Assembly (NCBI GenBank): GCA_964416765.1
Contig: CAYQEU010000002.1
Location: forward strand, 14,877-78,876
Source: an uncultured Candidatus Saccharibacteria bacterium
GTDB taxonomy: Bacteria; Patescibacteriota; Doudnabacteria; UBA920
Length of the DNA stretch: 64,000 bases
Direction: 5' to 3'
Part shown: in pieces, positions 1-9,604 of the stretch
Numbering within the stretch: position 1 is the stretch's first letter
Layout of the letters: each line of letters begins with the position of its first letter
Program-made: the position numbers and the translations under genes
Notes under the pieces: model-generated
What the model saw: only the letters and a program-made list of their open reading frames with translations
The model's database searches: none
What the model was told of the DNA's origin: nothing

Positions 1-140
1 GTCGGTCCCGCCTCGCCCACTGGGGCTTTTGCTTTTAGCGCCTCAACGCGGTCAAATTGTTCCTTGTCTATAAAACCATGGTCAACCAAAAACTGTTCGA
101 ATGAAGAGGCAACCGTGGTCTTGGGTTGGTCCTGCGCCAT
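1..140 (-). CDS. 5' end of probable type IV pilus assembly ATPase (PilB/GspE family), partial
   Basis: ATG at 138-140 directly after the stop of the upstream gene; reads MAQDQPKTTVASSFEQFLVDHGFIDKEQFDRVEALK, resembling the GspE/PilB N-terminus; downstream of pilMNO. Confidence 0.5.
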   Translation of the reverse strand, partial: MAQDQPKTTVASSFEQFLVDHGFIDKEQFDRVEALKAKAPVGEAGP

Positions 141-141
141 G

Positions 142-411
142 TTATTTAATTAAATTTGGCAAAGTAAGGTTGGTATCGCCTGAATTAACTTTAGGGTATG
201 TGAAAAGCTGTGGTTGTGGGTTGTACTTCTGAATCGGGCCAAAATCCAAACTTCGACCCTGGGTGAAAATAGGGGCCGGCGTGCTGACTTCCCCTGTGGC
301 AGTCAACAAATTGGTGGAAGCGCCACCATTCAATCCCCGATAAACAATGTATCCGGCTATTACCAGCGCAACCACTCCTATGAGTATTAAAATAATATTT
401 CTTTTAGACAT
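142..411 (-). CDS. small single-pass membrane protein in pil operon (PilP position)
   Basis: 89-aa ORF with N-terminal hydrophobic helix, tightly packed between pilO and the next gene. Confidence 0.7.
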   Translation of the reverse strand: MSKRNIILILIGVVALVIAGYIVYRGLNGGASTNLLTATGEVSTPAPIFTQGRSLDFGPIQKYNPQPQLFTYPKVNSGDTNLTLPNLIK

Positions 412-413
412 GT

Positions 414-1034
414 TTATTGGTCAGCTGTTTTACTGTACTTGGGGGCGTAATAATATGCCTTCAAGCGAATCTTGTACAAGACTTCCTGTTCCTGGGAAAT
501 AGTTACGGAATCAATATCCATTAAACGTGGGCTGTTCTCAATTAACTTTAACAATTGGTTAAACTGCTCCACGGGACCAGTGACCGTGATGTTCACCACA
601 CTGCTCTGGAGGGTACGGTCGGCCCCATATGGATCGTCCAAGAGCTTCTTGTCGCCGGCCACAACTCCGGATTCGGTTTCGCTATTGGTAATACTGGCCA
701 GCTTCATACCCGAGTTGGATACCATATTGTCTATGACCAGATCCAAAGAGGTAATACGGCCGTTTAAAGGAATGGCCTGATCCAAAACTTCAATTTCATC
801 CTGCTTGTCTTTAAGCTGTCCAACTAACGATTCCAAGGTCTTCCTGTCAGTTTCCACTGAACTGTATTGTTTTTGGGCGTTAGCCAACTCAGCAACTTTT
901 GCGTTTGCCTGCTGGTGCTTTGGACGGACAATAAAGTAGAGGATCAGCAAAATAACCACAACAAGGACTCCTACTTCAAACAGGCTATTTCCTTTTCGGG
1001 GAGAAACGAGTTTTGACTGTATATTCAAGTCCAT
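414..1034 (-). CDS. pilO: type IV pilus assembly protein PilO
   Basis: N-terminal TM, coiled coil, then AIP...ITVTGPVEQFNQLLKLIENSPRLMDIDSVTI PilO signature; follows pilM-pilN. Confidence 0.85.
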   Translation of the reverse strand: MDLNIQSKLVSPRKGNSLFEVGVLVVVILLILYFIVRPKHQQANAKVAELANAQKQYSSVETDRKTLESLVGQLKDKQDEIEVLDQAIPLNGRITSLDLVIDNMVSNSGMKLASITNSETESGVVAGDKKLLDDPYGADRTLQSSVVNITVTGPVEQFNQLLKLIENSPRLMDIDSVTISQEQEVLYKIRLKAYYYAPKYSKTADQ

Positions 1035-1036
1035 AA

Positions 1037-1606
1037 TTATGGGTTAGTGGATTTTAAGAAGTCAGTGCTGAAATCAAGCTGCACTCTCATCAGATACGAT
1101 ATTGCGCCTCCCTCATCCGTAGATTTCACGATAGACAGGACGCGAACATTGCTGAATTGACGGTTATATTCAGGAAGGTCAAACACCTGCAGAAACTTGT
1201 CAGCGTCAGCGTAGGATGGCAGTTTTACGCTTAAAGAGAGGCTGCCGTCGGAAACCGCGTCTATGGACACATAATCGGACCGTTGTAAGCTGACCCGGGC
1301 CAACTCAGGGAGAAGGCTGGACCAGTATAAGTGAGACTTGAGTAACGGATTAAGCGCCCCGAGTTGACCCTGCCGCGTAAGCAGCTCTTTTCGGTCGCTA
1401 TTGGCCGTGGCGGCGGTCTGGGCTTTCTGAGTCTTTACCCTCGTGTCATTAATCTGCTTCTGCAGATTATTTTGGCGATAGAAAAGATATCCGTAATAAG
1501 CCAGGATCAAAACCAAAACGACCACCAGTACTTTTACTAGCCATGCGTAGCTTTGTACTTTGAACCGGGGTTTGTTGTCCGAGTCGAGAAGGTTAATTTG
1601 CGCCAT
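1037..1606 (-). CDS. pilN: type IV pilus assembly protein PilN
   Basis: Start MAQINLL (INLL motif that binds PilM), TM, coiled coil, YWSSLLPELAR; start moved from 1654 to the ATG at 1606. Confidence 0.85.
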   Translation of the reverse strand: MAQINLLDSDNKPRFKVQSYAWLVKVLVVVLVLILAYYGYLFYRQNNLQKQINDTRVKTQKAQTAATANSDRKELLTRQGQLGALNPLLKSHLYWSSLLPELARVSLQRSDYVSIDAVSDGSLSLSVKLPSYADADKFLQVFDLPEYNRQFSNVRVLSIVKSTDEGGAISYLMRVQLDFSTDFLKSTNP

Positions 1607-1619
1607 TAGGTTTTTGCTT

Positions 1620-2630
1620 TTAGTTTTCCGTTCTGAGGGCAAGTCCCAGTGCAACCGGAAGTTGTGCCTTTGCCCTTACTAATACAGGTTCTATTGATTT
1701 CGGATACGCGATCTGGGCTAGCGGGTTTCCTAAAATGACGTTGCCGCCCAAATCTTTGAAATAATCCACGGTACCGGGAAGCTGTGACCCCCCGCCAACC
1801 AACATGATGTTATTAATAGTAACATTATGTGATTTGTACACGCTCATCAACTGCTTGATTTCACTCTTTATTACATCCAATACCGGGCGGATGGTCTCGG
1901 GAAGGAAATTACTCCCGTTAACCCCAAATTCTTTCTTGAATTGTTCAGCCCGTGCGAAAGTAATATTCAAGCTTGAAGCGATGCGTTCGGTAATGGTGTC
2001 GCCGCCAACGTTTAGACTGCGCGTGAGCTGCAGCAAACCGTCTTTAACGACATTCAAACCCGTGGCTTTTGCGCCTATGTCTATTATAACATTGTTTTGG
2101 CCAGCATCAATTATAAGAGAGCGAATTAAGGCCAAAGCTTCTATTTCAATCACTTCGAGATCCAGACCAGCTTGTTTGAATACTGCCTGATAGTTGTTCT
2201 TAACCTGGTTTGGAACGGCTATGAGCATGACTTTCATGCTATTGGTTTCCGGGGCTTCCGAAATAATGGCCCAGTCTATCTTAACTTCCGCAAACGGGAG
2301 TGGAACGTACTTTTTAGCCTCAAATTGCATGGCGGAGGCCAATTCCCCTTCGGACATTTTGGGCATATCTATGACTGAAGTAAATACAGCCGAGTTTGGC
2401 AGGCTGGCCACACAGCGACGAGTACTCACGCCCGCGCGATTAAGCAAATTAACCAGGACATTGGCGGTTTCGCGAATCCCGGCTTCCTGGCTGGAGCTGA
2501 TTTGACTGCTGACATTGACCACCCCGTAAGTATCCAAGACTTTGGTTTCACCATGGGTAATCTGAGCAACCTTGATATATGATGTGCCGATATCTACGCC
2601 AACAATGGATTTGGTTTTGGAAAAAAACAT
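1620..2630 (-). CDS. pilM: type IV pilus assembly protein PilM (actin-like ATPase)
   Basis: VGVDIGTSYIK, EAKKYVPLP, IDIGAKAT, GGDTIT, LVGGGSQL, VALGLALR motifs. Confidence 0.95.
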   Translation of the reverse strand: MFFSKTKSIVGVDIGTSYIKVAQITHGETKVLDTYGVVNVSSQISSSQEAGIRETANVLVNLLNRAGVSTRRCVASLPNSAVFTSVIDMPKMSEGELASAMQFEAKKYVPLPFAEVKIDWAIISEAPETNSMKVMLIAVPNQVKNNYQAVFKQAGLDLEVIEIEALALIRSLIIDAGQNNVIIDIGAKATGLNVVKDGLLQLTRSLNVGGDTITERIASSLNITFARAEQFKKEFGVNGSNFLPETIRPVLDVIKSEIKQLMSVYKSHNVTINNIMLVGGGSQLPGTVDYFKDLGGNVILGNPLAQIAYPKSIEPVLVRAKAQLPVALGLALRTEN

Positions 2631-2690
2631 GGGCCAGTCAGGCAAAAATAGTTGTAAATTTGGTTTCTAAAACTGCGATAACTTGCATTT

Positions 2691-2741
2691 ATAATACTAC
2701 ATTTTAGGGCTGTTGTCAAAATCAGAACAATTTGCTAAAAT
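2691..2741. promoter_or_regulatory. overlapping divergent sigma70 promoters (pilM on -, tRNA-Ile on +)
   Basis: Minus strand TTGACA(2714-2719)-17-TATTAT(2691-2696); plus strand TTGTCA(2713-2718)-17-TAAAAT(2736-2741) with extended TG. Confidence 0.6.
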
Positions 2742-2762
2742 GTATGGGAAATAAAAATTTAC

Positions 2763-2839
2763 GGGCGTATAGCTCAGATGGTTAGAGCGCGTCACTGATA
2801 ATGACGAGGTCCTTGGTTCAATTCCAAGTACGCCCACCA
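2763..2839 (+). tRNA. tRNA-Ile(GAT)
   Basis: Cloverleaf GGGCGTA...TACGCCC-ACCA, anticodon loop CT-GAT-AA, GGTTCAATTCC T arm. Confidence 0.97.
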
Positions 2840-2846
2840 CTTACAA

Positions 2847-3077
2847 ATGATCATTTTAAGAATCCTCGGTTCCCTTGTTGTACTCGCTATCGGTGTTGTG
2901 ATTATAAAATACAGCGTGAAGATTACGGAAAATACCGGCCGCATTGAATTCGCGGAAAAGTACTTTAAAGCTCCACTGGCCGGAACATACACCTGGTGGA
3001 AATTAGTCGGTTTGGGAATAATGATACTTGGAGTACTCTGGCTGTTCGGGATGGTAGATTTTCTCCCTGGATCTTAG
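2847..3077 (+). CDS. small two-TM membrane protein between tRNA-Ile and tRNA-Ala
   Basis: 76-aa ORF with two hydrophobic helices and GRIEFAEKYF...GTYTWWKLVG; fills the inter-tRNA gap. Confidence 0.75.
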   Translation: MIILRILGSLVVLAIGVVIIKYSVKITENTGRIEFAEKYFKAPLAGTYTWWKLVGLGIMILGVLWLFGMVDFLPGS

Positions 3078-3095
3078 AAAAAATAGTTTTAATAA

Positions 3096-3171
3096 GGGCC
3101 CTTAGCTCATTTGGTAGAGCACCGCCTTTGCAAGGCGGGGGTGACCGGTTCGAGCCCGGTAGGGTCCACCA
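3096..3171 (+). tRNA. tRNA-Ala(TGC)
   Basis: Cloverleaf GGGCCCT...AGGGTCC-ACCA with G3:U70, anticodon loop TT-TGC-AA. Confidence 0.97.
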
Positions 3172-3182
3172 TCATAAAAAAT

Positions 3183-3207
3183 AAACCGCCCTTTTGGGCG
3201 GTTTTTT
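3183..3207. terminator. bidirectional intrinsic terminator
   Basis: AAACCGCCC-TTTT-GGGCGGTTT flanked by A and T runs between convergent units. Confidence 0.85.
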
Positions 3208-3718
3208 ATTTAACTTCAAACTCCACTTTATTGCTGTCTTTGCCCCAAGCTGAGACATAAACCATATATTTTCCCGGGCTTACAACCAGCTCCTTTGGGC
3301 AACGTGAGCCGCTATATGAAACGTCTTGCTGACATAGAGGTGAATCGAGTTTTACTGTCATCTTTTTTGAATCATTGTCCCGGGTAGCCGCCAAATAACC
3401 TTTTTCGCCCTTCTGATTTTCAATCCAGGCCACCTTGTCCCCTTCAAACCCCAAAAAGTTACAGCCGCTAATGTTTACTTTTGTCCCTAGATTGCCCACG
3501 CGCGGAGTCATAGCCGTTATTACAGGCGCTGCCTCGGTTACGTCCTGGCAACCCGAAGGAAATTCTGCAACGCTATTTTTGTTGGAGTTGACCGGTGGCT
3601 CATTTGAATACTGGTCAAAAGGAACAACTAAAGCACTATTGTTATTCTGGTTTTGCGGCGCGCGACTGCAACTGACCGCCAATAAGGAAATTGTGAACAA
3701 CAGGATAATTTTTTTCAT
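3206..3718 (-). CDS. lipoprotein with IPT/TIG-like Ig domain
   Basis: Lipobox LAVSC; PVITAMTPRVG...KVNISGCNF...PGKYMVYV...SNKVEFEV. Confidence 0.75.
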   Translation of the reverse strand: MKKIILLFTISLLAVSCSRAPQNQNNNSALVVPFDQYSNEPPVNSNKNSVAEFPSGCQDVTEAAPVITAMTPRVGNLGTKVNISGCNFLGFEGDKVAWIENQKGEKGYLAATRDNDSKKMTVKLDSPLCQQDVSYSGSRCPKELVVSPGKYMVYVSAWGKDSNKVEFEVK

Positions 3719-3720
3719 AC

Positions 3721-4905
3721 CTAAATCTTAATTTTTGCCATCTGCTTTCCGCTTATATGCGCTATCGCGGCAGTCAGCATCTTTACTTTATTGTACTCCC
3801 AGTAGGCAACCATCCCAAATAGCAGCAACATGGCTGATAACAACGCGAACAGCATCCCGTTGTTTTGCGGCGCTTGAGTAACTGCCGCGACGGGCGGGGT
3901 GGCTAGTTCAAAGTAATCGCTCGAAGTTACTATGGCATTCTTGCTTGATACCGATACCACCACCGTATATCTTCCCTCAGCTAATTGCGGCGAGGTACTA
4001 AAGGATTTTAAGTAGCTTATGTTGCCTGGCACTGCCAGAGTTTCCGCGCTTTGTATGACATCCTGGCCATTAGCATCCTGTACTTGGTATTGGACCACTA
4101 CAACGGCTGAGTGGTCTGATTGACCAATGCCGGAAAGTTTGATGGTTGCCGCGACTTCGTTTCCGGGTCGCAGCTGCTTAAACTTTTCAGGAATAGTAAC
4201 GTCAACACTATACAAATTTTTAGTGCTGCTAATGCTTGGGTTGAGATTGGCAGGTTGCTGTATTGCCTGGCCCGGCGGCAGCTCAACGGCAAAATAAAAT
4301 TGCGTAGAAGCAAAAAATTCTGGTACCTGGGTGTCTCCCACTGAAACGGTTAAAATGTGATGTCCCACGGAAACCGGTTGTGGTACCTTCCAATACCAAT
4401 CCTCGCCAACCGGTTTAACTGAGGCTTTTATGTGGTAGCTGCTGGCAATATCCAGACCGACCACGGCATTTTTGATGTTAGTTTGTCCATGAAAGGACGG
4501 GAACTGGGTATTTATGACATATTCAGTAACCTGTTGGCCATCAACAAAGATGGTGCGCGAAGTAGCGTTAGTAAGGATGATATCTGCGCTGACCCAAGGA
4601 GCCTGTAAAGACCCCGGGGGAACAGGTGTTGGGTTATTGCCAGGCGTAACCGCTGGTGATCCCCCTCCTCCTCCACCCACTATGACTTCCGGCCCTTCAT
4701 CTATGCCTAAAACATGCGCGCCCACTCCGGAATTTAAACTAGTATCAGCTTTTGCTATACCAAGCGCTGTGCCCAATATCCATGAGGTAATTAAGACAAA
4801 CGCCAAAGCCAAGAAGAACCCAGAAGTATGTACCGCGCGGTCGGTATGATGCGTTGTCCATTGCTCGGGAGCCACCCGTATTCTTTTGTGTTTTTGTCTT
4901 TTCAT
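3721..4905 (-). CDS. exported Ig-like domain protein with C-terminal TM anchor
   Basis: N-terminal TM ending AKA, Gly/Pro linker, Ig-like segments (PSFHGQTN...WYWKVPQPVSVGHH; LAEGRYTVVVSV), C-terminal hydrophobic helix. Confidence 0.75.
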   Translation of the reverse strand: MKRQKHKRIRVAPEQWTTHHTDRAVHTSGFFLALAFVLITSWILGTALGIAKADTSLNSGVGAHVLGIDEGPEVIVGGGGGGSPAVTPGNNPTPVPPGSLQAPWVSADIILTNATSRTIFVDGQQVTEYVINTQFPSFHGQTNIKNAVVGLDIASSYHIKASVKPVGEDWYWKVPQPVSVGHHILTVSVGDTQVPEFFASTQFYFAVELPPGQAIQQPANLNPSISSTKNLYSVDVTIPEKFKQLRPGNEVAATIKLSGIGQSDHSAVVVVQYQVQDANGQDVIQSAETLAVPGNISYLKSFSTSPQLAEGRYTVVVSVSSKNAIVTSSDYFELATPPVAAVTQAPQNNGMLFALLSAMLLLFGMVAYWEYNKVKMLTAAIAHISGKQMAKIKI

Positions 4906-4931
4906 CAGCACTGCGATTTTAGTGAAATGGT

Positions 4932-7900
4932 TTAGGTTGAAGGCACAATGCTATTGTCTGTAGAGTCTGTGCTTTCAACGGCTGAAGTTTGGGCTGGGTC
5001 ACTGGAATTGGTTGGATTAGAATCGTTTTGTTCCGACCCAGACGATTCAGACGAAGCGCTGGCGCTTGAAGTATTTCCAGCAGTCGGAATGGACCGGAAT
5101 ATTTTAGGGTTCTTTACCGCAAAAGCAGTCCAGCTAAACTCTAAGTTTTCCGGGGCGGGCTTGTTTAAGACAATAGCAAACCCTTTGGCGGTTCTCTTGA
5201 TTACTGCATACTGCAGTCCTTGGTCAAACAATGATTGGACCAAAGCTTCCTGCGCACTGTCAGCATTGCTGTCATTCAATTTGCCGCCTAAGCTAAGGGT
5301 TGCGTTTACAATTGGGTTATCTAGATATTCCTTATCGAAAGTAATAGTTACCTCTTTATCTCCCTGGCTGATCTGGGCAAACCCGGCGGTGTCGGAGTTA
5401 AAGTAAGGTCGGCCAATGAACTCAACATCACTAATTAATTGGACAGAGGCCCCTAATGAGCTGATTCTATCTATCTTCAATCCTCTGCCTGAAATATTGG
5501 GAGCTACCATTTCCAAACCAGCCACCACCCGGTCGCTAGAAATTTGCATAATGGTACTTTGGGAAGAAATTTCTTCAGCCCCATTAAACCAAGCCGCCAA
5601 GTCTTCCGAATTATACTGTCTTAAAGCTTCACCGTTAACTCCAAAGTCCAACTGTGGTAACTGGGAAAGTTCTACCTCAGAACCGTCCTGAGACAAACTT
5701 AAACCATCTTGCGCGTCATCCTGCCACGAACGGTAGAAGTCAATGTCCAACTGTGAATTAGTAGCGCTGCCGCCGGTGCGTTCCTGCCACATCAGCTCCG
5801 GGGCGAGGTTGCTCCCGTAAATATTAGTACTGCTTCCCGAACCACATTCCGTGAAGTTAATACCATCAGAAGCGTTGTTGTCGATCCAGAAGCGTACGCT
5901 AGTGCTGGAACGGACTTCTACCATTAACAAGGCGTATTGAGATGTCGATACCGTTTGTCCGGTACAAACCACTGTGGTGGAGGTGCTTGCACTTCTCGTA
6001 ATACCTACCCATGTGGTTCCCAAAGTACCAGCGTTATCATTGGAAAAACCAATAAAGTTTGCGGGAGCAGTAACTTGTCCGTCGGTTTCCGTTGCCATAC
6101 CAGCGTAGATAGCACTATTCGTGTCAGCCTGGCCCGGCTTAACTTTGATTAAAATTACAGGGCGGTTCGATACGTTATACAAAAGTTTTGGGTTGTTTAT
6201 AGCTTCATCAACCATCATTAAACAACCGCTGGCCACACCGCTGGCCGCCATACGAGTAATACCATTTATCGAGTCAGCCAAACTGGAAAAAGTACAGTTA
6301 GGCGTAGTACCACCTTCATATACGCCCCAACCGCCGCCGTTTCCAAACCCAGCGTTTTGGGCGCCAGTAGTATCCGCGGTAGCGGAAGTACGTTGGCGGT
6401 TAAATTCTTCACGAATGGTACTGGTAGTGTCAATAAAGGCACCTGCAATTACCGAGGCCCCGAAGTTAGTACTTAGGTCGCGAATTTCCACCAATTTATT
6501 CGGCGTTGTGCCGCCATTCGTACATGAGGAAGAACAGTTGTCATAAAAACCCAATGCCGCCGTATCATCTGTAGCTCCGAGGCGGATTGCGGGAGTCGTA
6601 TCATCAAACTGCAAACCATAGTCATACCCGGTCCCAACACGGTAGCCAATTTCTGTACCTGCGCCGCCCGTTACGTTGGCGGCGAAGAAGGCGTTTATCG
6701 TTGAGGTAGAACCGGCTGTCGCAGTTTCAACCTTGATTCCATTTTCGGTTACTGCGGCGGCGGCGGTAGCGCCGGTCACAATACGCAATCCGCTCCATAT
6801 ACCCGCTGCTGTACCCCCAGGAGTAAGATCAACGCGCATGGCCGCAGCTTCCACGGCGGCCGAACCACCAGTATAATTGATGGACAGCGCGTTGACTCCG
6901 CCGGTAGTTACCGCTTGGCCGCTGTTGGTAATGTTTACCATGTCTTGGGTCGGAGCGCCGCTGGCGGCCACAGACAATCCAGTGACCGCGCCAGAAGTTG
7001 CGATAGAAAGCCCAGTGTCCCATCCCGTACCAATCTTAAGACCAGTACCGGTGAAGCCCGTGCCATCGGTCACATTAGCAATGTTGATTCCATTAACAGT
7101 ACAGGTTCCCGCCGGACAACTAGTAAAGGAAGGGTTAACGGAAATACCATTAACGGTTCTTGTAGCCGCGCCCCCCAACATAGTAATAGTGGGTGAAACC
7201 AACAATCCATTAGTAGTGCTGGTTACTGCATTCGAAGTGCTTTCAGAAAAAGTAATTTCGGCCAAACTTCCTGTTTCAGTTCCTGTATGGTTATAAGTTC
7301 CACTAATATCTAGTCCGCCTCCCGTAGTCATTGCGTTACCACCAACAATGCTTAAACCCGTACCCGTGGTTAAAGCAGTTCCCGATACTCTAGCAACCGT
7401 TCCAGCAGTAGTTGAGTTGGCTATCGCAGCCAGTACCCCTCCAGCCCCGCTATAGTTGGCAGAAGCGACAAATTGGGCAATCCCATTAGTCACGGCCCCT
7501 GCGGTAGCTGAGGTAACCTTAAAGACTGACCCTGAAGTAAGACCGGTCCCACTAGAAGTTACGCTTAAGGCGTCAGTAGTGGTAATTGCACCCCAATCTA
7601 AAGTCTGAGCCGTAGTCCCCATGGCGATGGAACCATTACCTGATGGGTCACCAATAACATCAAAAGCCGTCGCCCCGCCCGCTCCGCAAGATCCCCACGT
7701 CGGGGCAACCCCGGCGCTGGCGGTTTGCAGACACTGAGCTCCGGTGGAAGCGGCTGTTGCGGAAAGAGTACCATCTGTCGCGGAAACATACAGTACGGTA
7801 TTTGCTGTAGTGAACTTGCCTAACTTGATTGCAGGAGTACTGGACCCGCCGATTATGATGTTGCCGGCGTTCGTGGTGCCGATGTTGATAGCCCCGACGG

Positions 7901-9443
7901 AAGAACCGGTCCCCGCGTTGATGGATACGTCCCCTCCCGCGCCGGACACACCGGTACCGCCAAGAATGGTCAGGCCGCCTCCGGCTCCGGTTGTCGTGGC
8001 AGAGCCGCCCTTAAGATTCAACGCTCCCCCCGCTCCAGTGGAGCTAGGCGCGGAAGGCTGAATAGTCAAAGCATTGGCCGCTGCAGCCGTAACAGTGGTG
8101 ATATCGGCGGTCTGAGCTCCAGCCAAGGAAAGGACACCGCCGCTGGAGACAGTAAACTTGCTGGCGGTGTTATTCTTGAAATCGACAAAGCTGCCGCTGA
8201 ATGTTCCCGAAATATTGGCAAAGTCAAGCTTAAGGCCTGTGCCGGTGAAAGTTGAGGTATTCTGGGTCAGATTAATATAAGTGTTGGAGGTTATGGCGGA
8301 ACTGCTTGACGATATGAGCGTTTGGGACACGGCTACAGTTGCATTAATCAAATTGGTTGACGAACCAGTGGTGCCAAGTCCGACGCCAGCAAACTGCGGC
8401 GTAGCGCTCGTGTTGATGTTTTGGATCGTATTTAATGCATTAGAGGAGTTCTGTAGGTTAGTGGAGTTAAAGTTAATGAACCCGGCGTTAATAGCAGTAC
8501 CGTTCCAGGTACCAGTGGTAATTACACCTGTATTGGCAGTAACTACCAAACCGTTGTACGAAGCCGCGCCGGTTACCGCGCCGGTTAGGGCGAGGGTAGT
8601 AAAAGACCCGCCAGCAGTACAGGCAAAAGCACCGGTGGAGTTAGTGACGGTACAACCGGTTGAGGCAGAGCCCCCGCCAAGGAGGATGTCACCTGTGGAG
8701 CCGCTGGCTGTGCCAATGGTGATAGTGCCGCTGCCTTTGGCATCAATGGTCAGGTTTTCATTGGTACCGGAAGATATGGCGGACAGAGCAACTCCGCCTC
8801 CCGCGGCTGCGGAAGTAACTTTGAGTCCGGTGGCAGCAGAAACAGTTGAGGTATCCACCTGAAGGGCATAGTTTCCGGCGCTGCGGGCCACTGCCAAAGC
8901 GGTAGCCGACCCGCTAGTATTGGTTGTGTTAATGTCGCCGTCACCGGCCACACTGTTGGCTACGAGCGCGTAAGCCGCGGCTGTAATTTGCTGTCTGGGT
9001 GACATTTCACCGTCATAACCGGAACCGGAGTTAAAGTTTACGGTCAAATATACTGAACCTCCCGTAAAACTTGGCAGGGCTACATAAGTGCCCAAGGCCA
9101 CGCTAAACATCCCATTTACAAAAGCCACCTGACTGGTGCCGCCATCCCATGTTTCTGTCCATAGGAGGGTCCCGGCGCTTGCGGCATCGTACATCTTAAA
9201 CTGCATTGAATAGTTGCCGTCAGCAATGTTGGTTCCGTTGCTGCGAACGCTAATTTTACCCTGGTAATAAAGCAGTTTCGGAGTGGTGGCCTGAACGGTA
9301 TCAACGGGGACTATCAAAGAAGCAAAAACAGTTGCAAAAGCCACGACAAGCAAAATAAAAGCCGGCACGAAAACAACGCGCGGCGCATAGACACAAAATC
9401 GCATCAAAAGATGCTTTAAGATTGGCAGTAACCTGTCATCCAT
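4932..9443 (-). CDS. giant secreted tail-fibre-like surface protein (1503 aa)
   Basis: Signal peptide (VQA); N-terminal YQGK...DGNYSMQFKMYDAASAGTLLWTET...DGEMSPRQQI domain shared with the 27253-29892 protein; Gly/Thr/Ala-rich beta repeats; C-terminal DTAGFAQI...ITFDKEY domain. Confidence 0.85.
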   Translation of the reverse strand: MDDRLLPILKHLLMRFCVYAPRVVFVPAFILLVVAFATVFASLIVPVDTVQATTPKLLYYQGKISVRSNGTNIADGNYSMQFKMYDAASAGTLLWTETWDGGTSQVAFVNGMFSVALGTYVALPSFTGGSVYLTVNFNSGSGYDGEMSPRQQITAAAYALVANSVAGDGDINTTNTSGSATALAVARSAGNYALQVDTSTVSAATGLKVTSAAAGGGVALSAISSGTNENLTIDAKGSGTITIGTASGSTGDILLGGGSASTGCTVTNSTGAFACTAGGSFTTLALTGAVTGAASYNGLVVTANTGVITTGTWNGTAINAGFINFNSTNLQNSSNALNTIQNINTSATPQFAGVGLGTTGSSTNLINATVAVSQTLISSSSSAITSNTYINLTQNTSTFTGTGLKLDFANISGTFSGSFVDFKNNTASKFTVSSGGVLSLAGAQTADITTVTAAAANALTIQPSAPSSTGAGGALNLKGGSATTTGAGGGLTILGGTGVSGAGGDVSINAGTGSSVGAINIGTTNAGNIIIGGSSTPAIKLGKFTTANTVLYVSATDGTLSATAASTGAQCLQTASAGVAPTWGSCGAGGATAFDVIGDPSGNGSIAMGTTAQTLDWGAITTTDALSVTSSGTGLTSGSVFKVTSATAGAVTNGIAQFVASANYSGAGGVLAAIANSTTAGTVARVSGTALTTGTGLSIVGGNAMTTGGGLDISGTYNHTGTETGSLAEITFSESTSNAVTSTTNGLLVSPTITMLGGAATRTVNGISVNPSFTSCPAGTCTVNGINIANVTDGTGFTGTGLKIGTGWDTGLSIATSGAVTGLSVAASGAPTQDMVNITNSGQAVTTGGVNALSINYTGGSAAVEAAAMRVDLTPGGTAAGIWSGLRIVTGATAAAAVTENGIKVETATAGSTSTINAFFAANVTGGAGTEIGYRVGTGYDYGLQFDDTTPAIRLGATDDTAALGFYDNCSSSCTNGGTTPNKLVEIRDLSTNFGASVIAGAFIDTTSTIREEFNRQRTSATADTTGAQNAGFGNGGGWGVYEGGTTPNCTFSSLADSINGITRMAASGVASGCLMMVDEAINNPKLLYNVSNRPVILIKVKPGQADTNSAIYAGMATETDGQVTAPANFIGFSNDNAGTLGTTWVGITRSASTSTTVVCTGQTVSTSQYALLMVEVRSSTSVRFWIDNNASDGINFTECGSGSSTNIYGSNLAPELMWQERTGGSATNSQLDIDFYRSWQDDAQDGLSLSQDGSEVELSQLPQLDFGVNGEALRQYNSEDLAAWFNGAEEISSQSTIMQISSDRVVAGLEMVAPNISGRGLKIDRISSLGASVQLISDVEFIGRPYFNSDTAGFAQISQGDKEVTITFDKEYLDNPIVNATLSLGGKLNDSNADSAQEALVQSLFDQGLQYAVIKRTAKGFAIVLNKPAPENLEFSWTAFAVKNPKIFRSIPTAGNTSSASASSESSGSEQNDSNPTNSSDPAQTSAVESTDSTDNSIVPST

Positions 9444-9462
9444 TAGTATTCACAATAGGTTT

Positions 9463-9559
9463 TGTTTTTGTTTCGAAATGGTTCTGAACTTACGCTATTT
9501 TGGCGCAAACTCAGCAAGATTTCTAATACAATTATAGCACATCTGAAGAAAAATTGCAA
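9463..9559 (-). promoter_or_regulatory. sigma70 promoter plus conserved leader element, copy A
   Basis: TTGCAA-17-TATAAT (extended TG); 12-bp hairpin with CAAAATA loop (9484-9514); GAAACAAAAACA (9463-9474). Confidence 0.7.
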
Positions 9560-9562
9560 GCT

Positions 9563-9589
9563 AAAAAGCCGCTCTTTTTGAGAGCGGCC
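9563..9589 (-). terminator. intrinsic terminator after the DUF916-like gene
   Basis: GCCGCTCT stem followed by a T run on the minus strand. Confidence 0.75.
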
Positions 9590-9604
9590 TCAGAAGAGGA
9601 ACTT

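Noticed and set aside
4884-4931. Degenerate motif-like sequence CACT-AAAATCGC-AGTG...GACAAAAACA before the Ig-like gene
   Set aside because: Only a 4-bp stem, altered loop, and the tail overlaps coding sequence; too weak without a covariance model.
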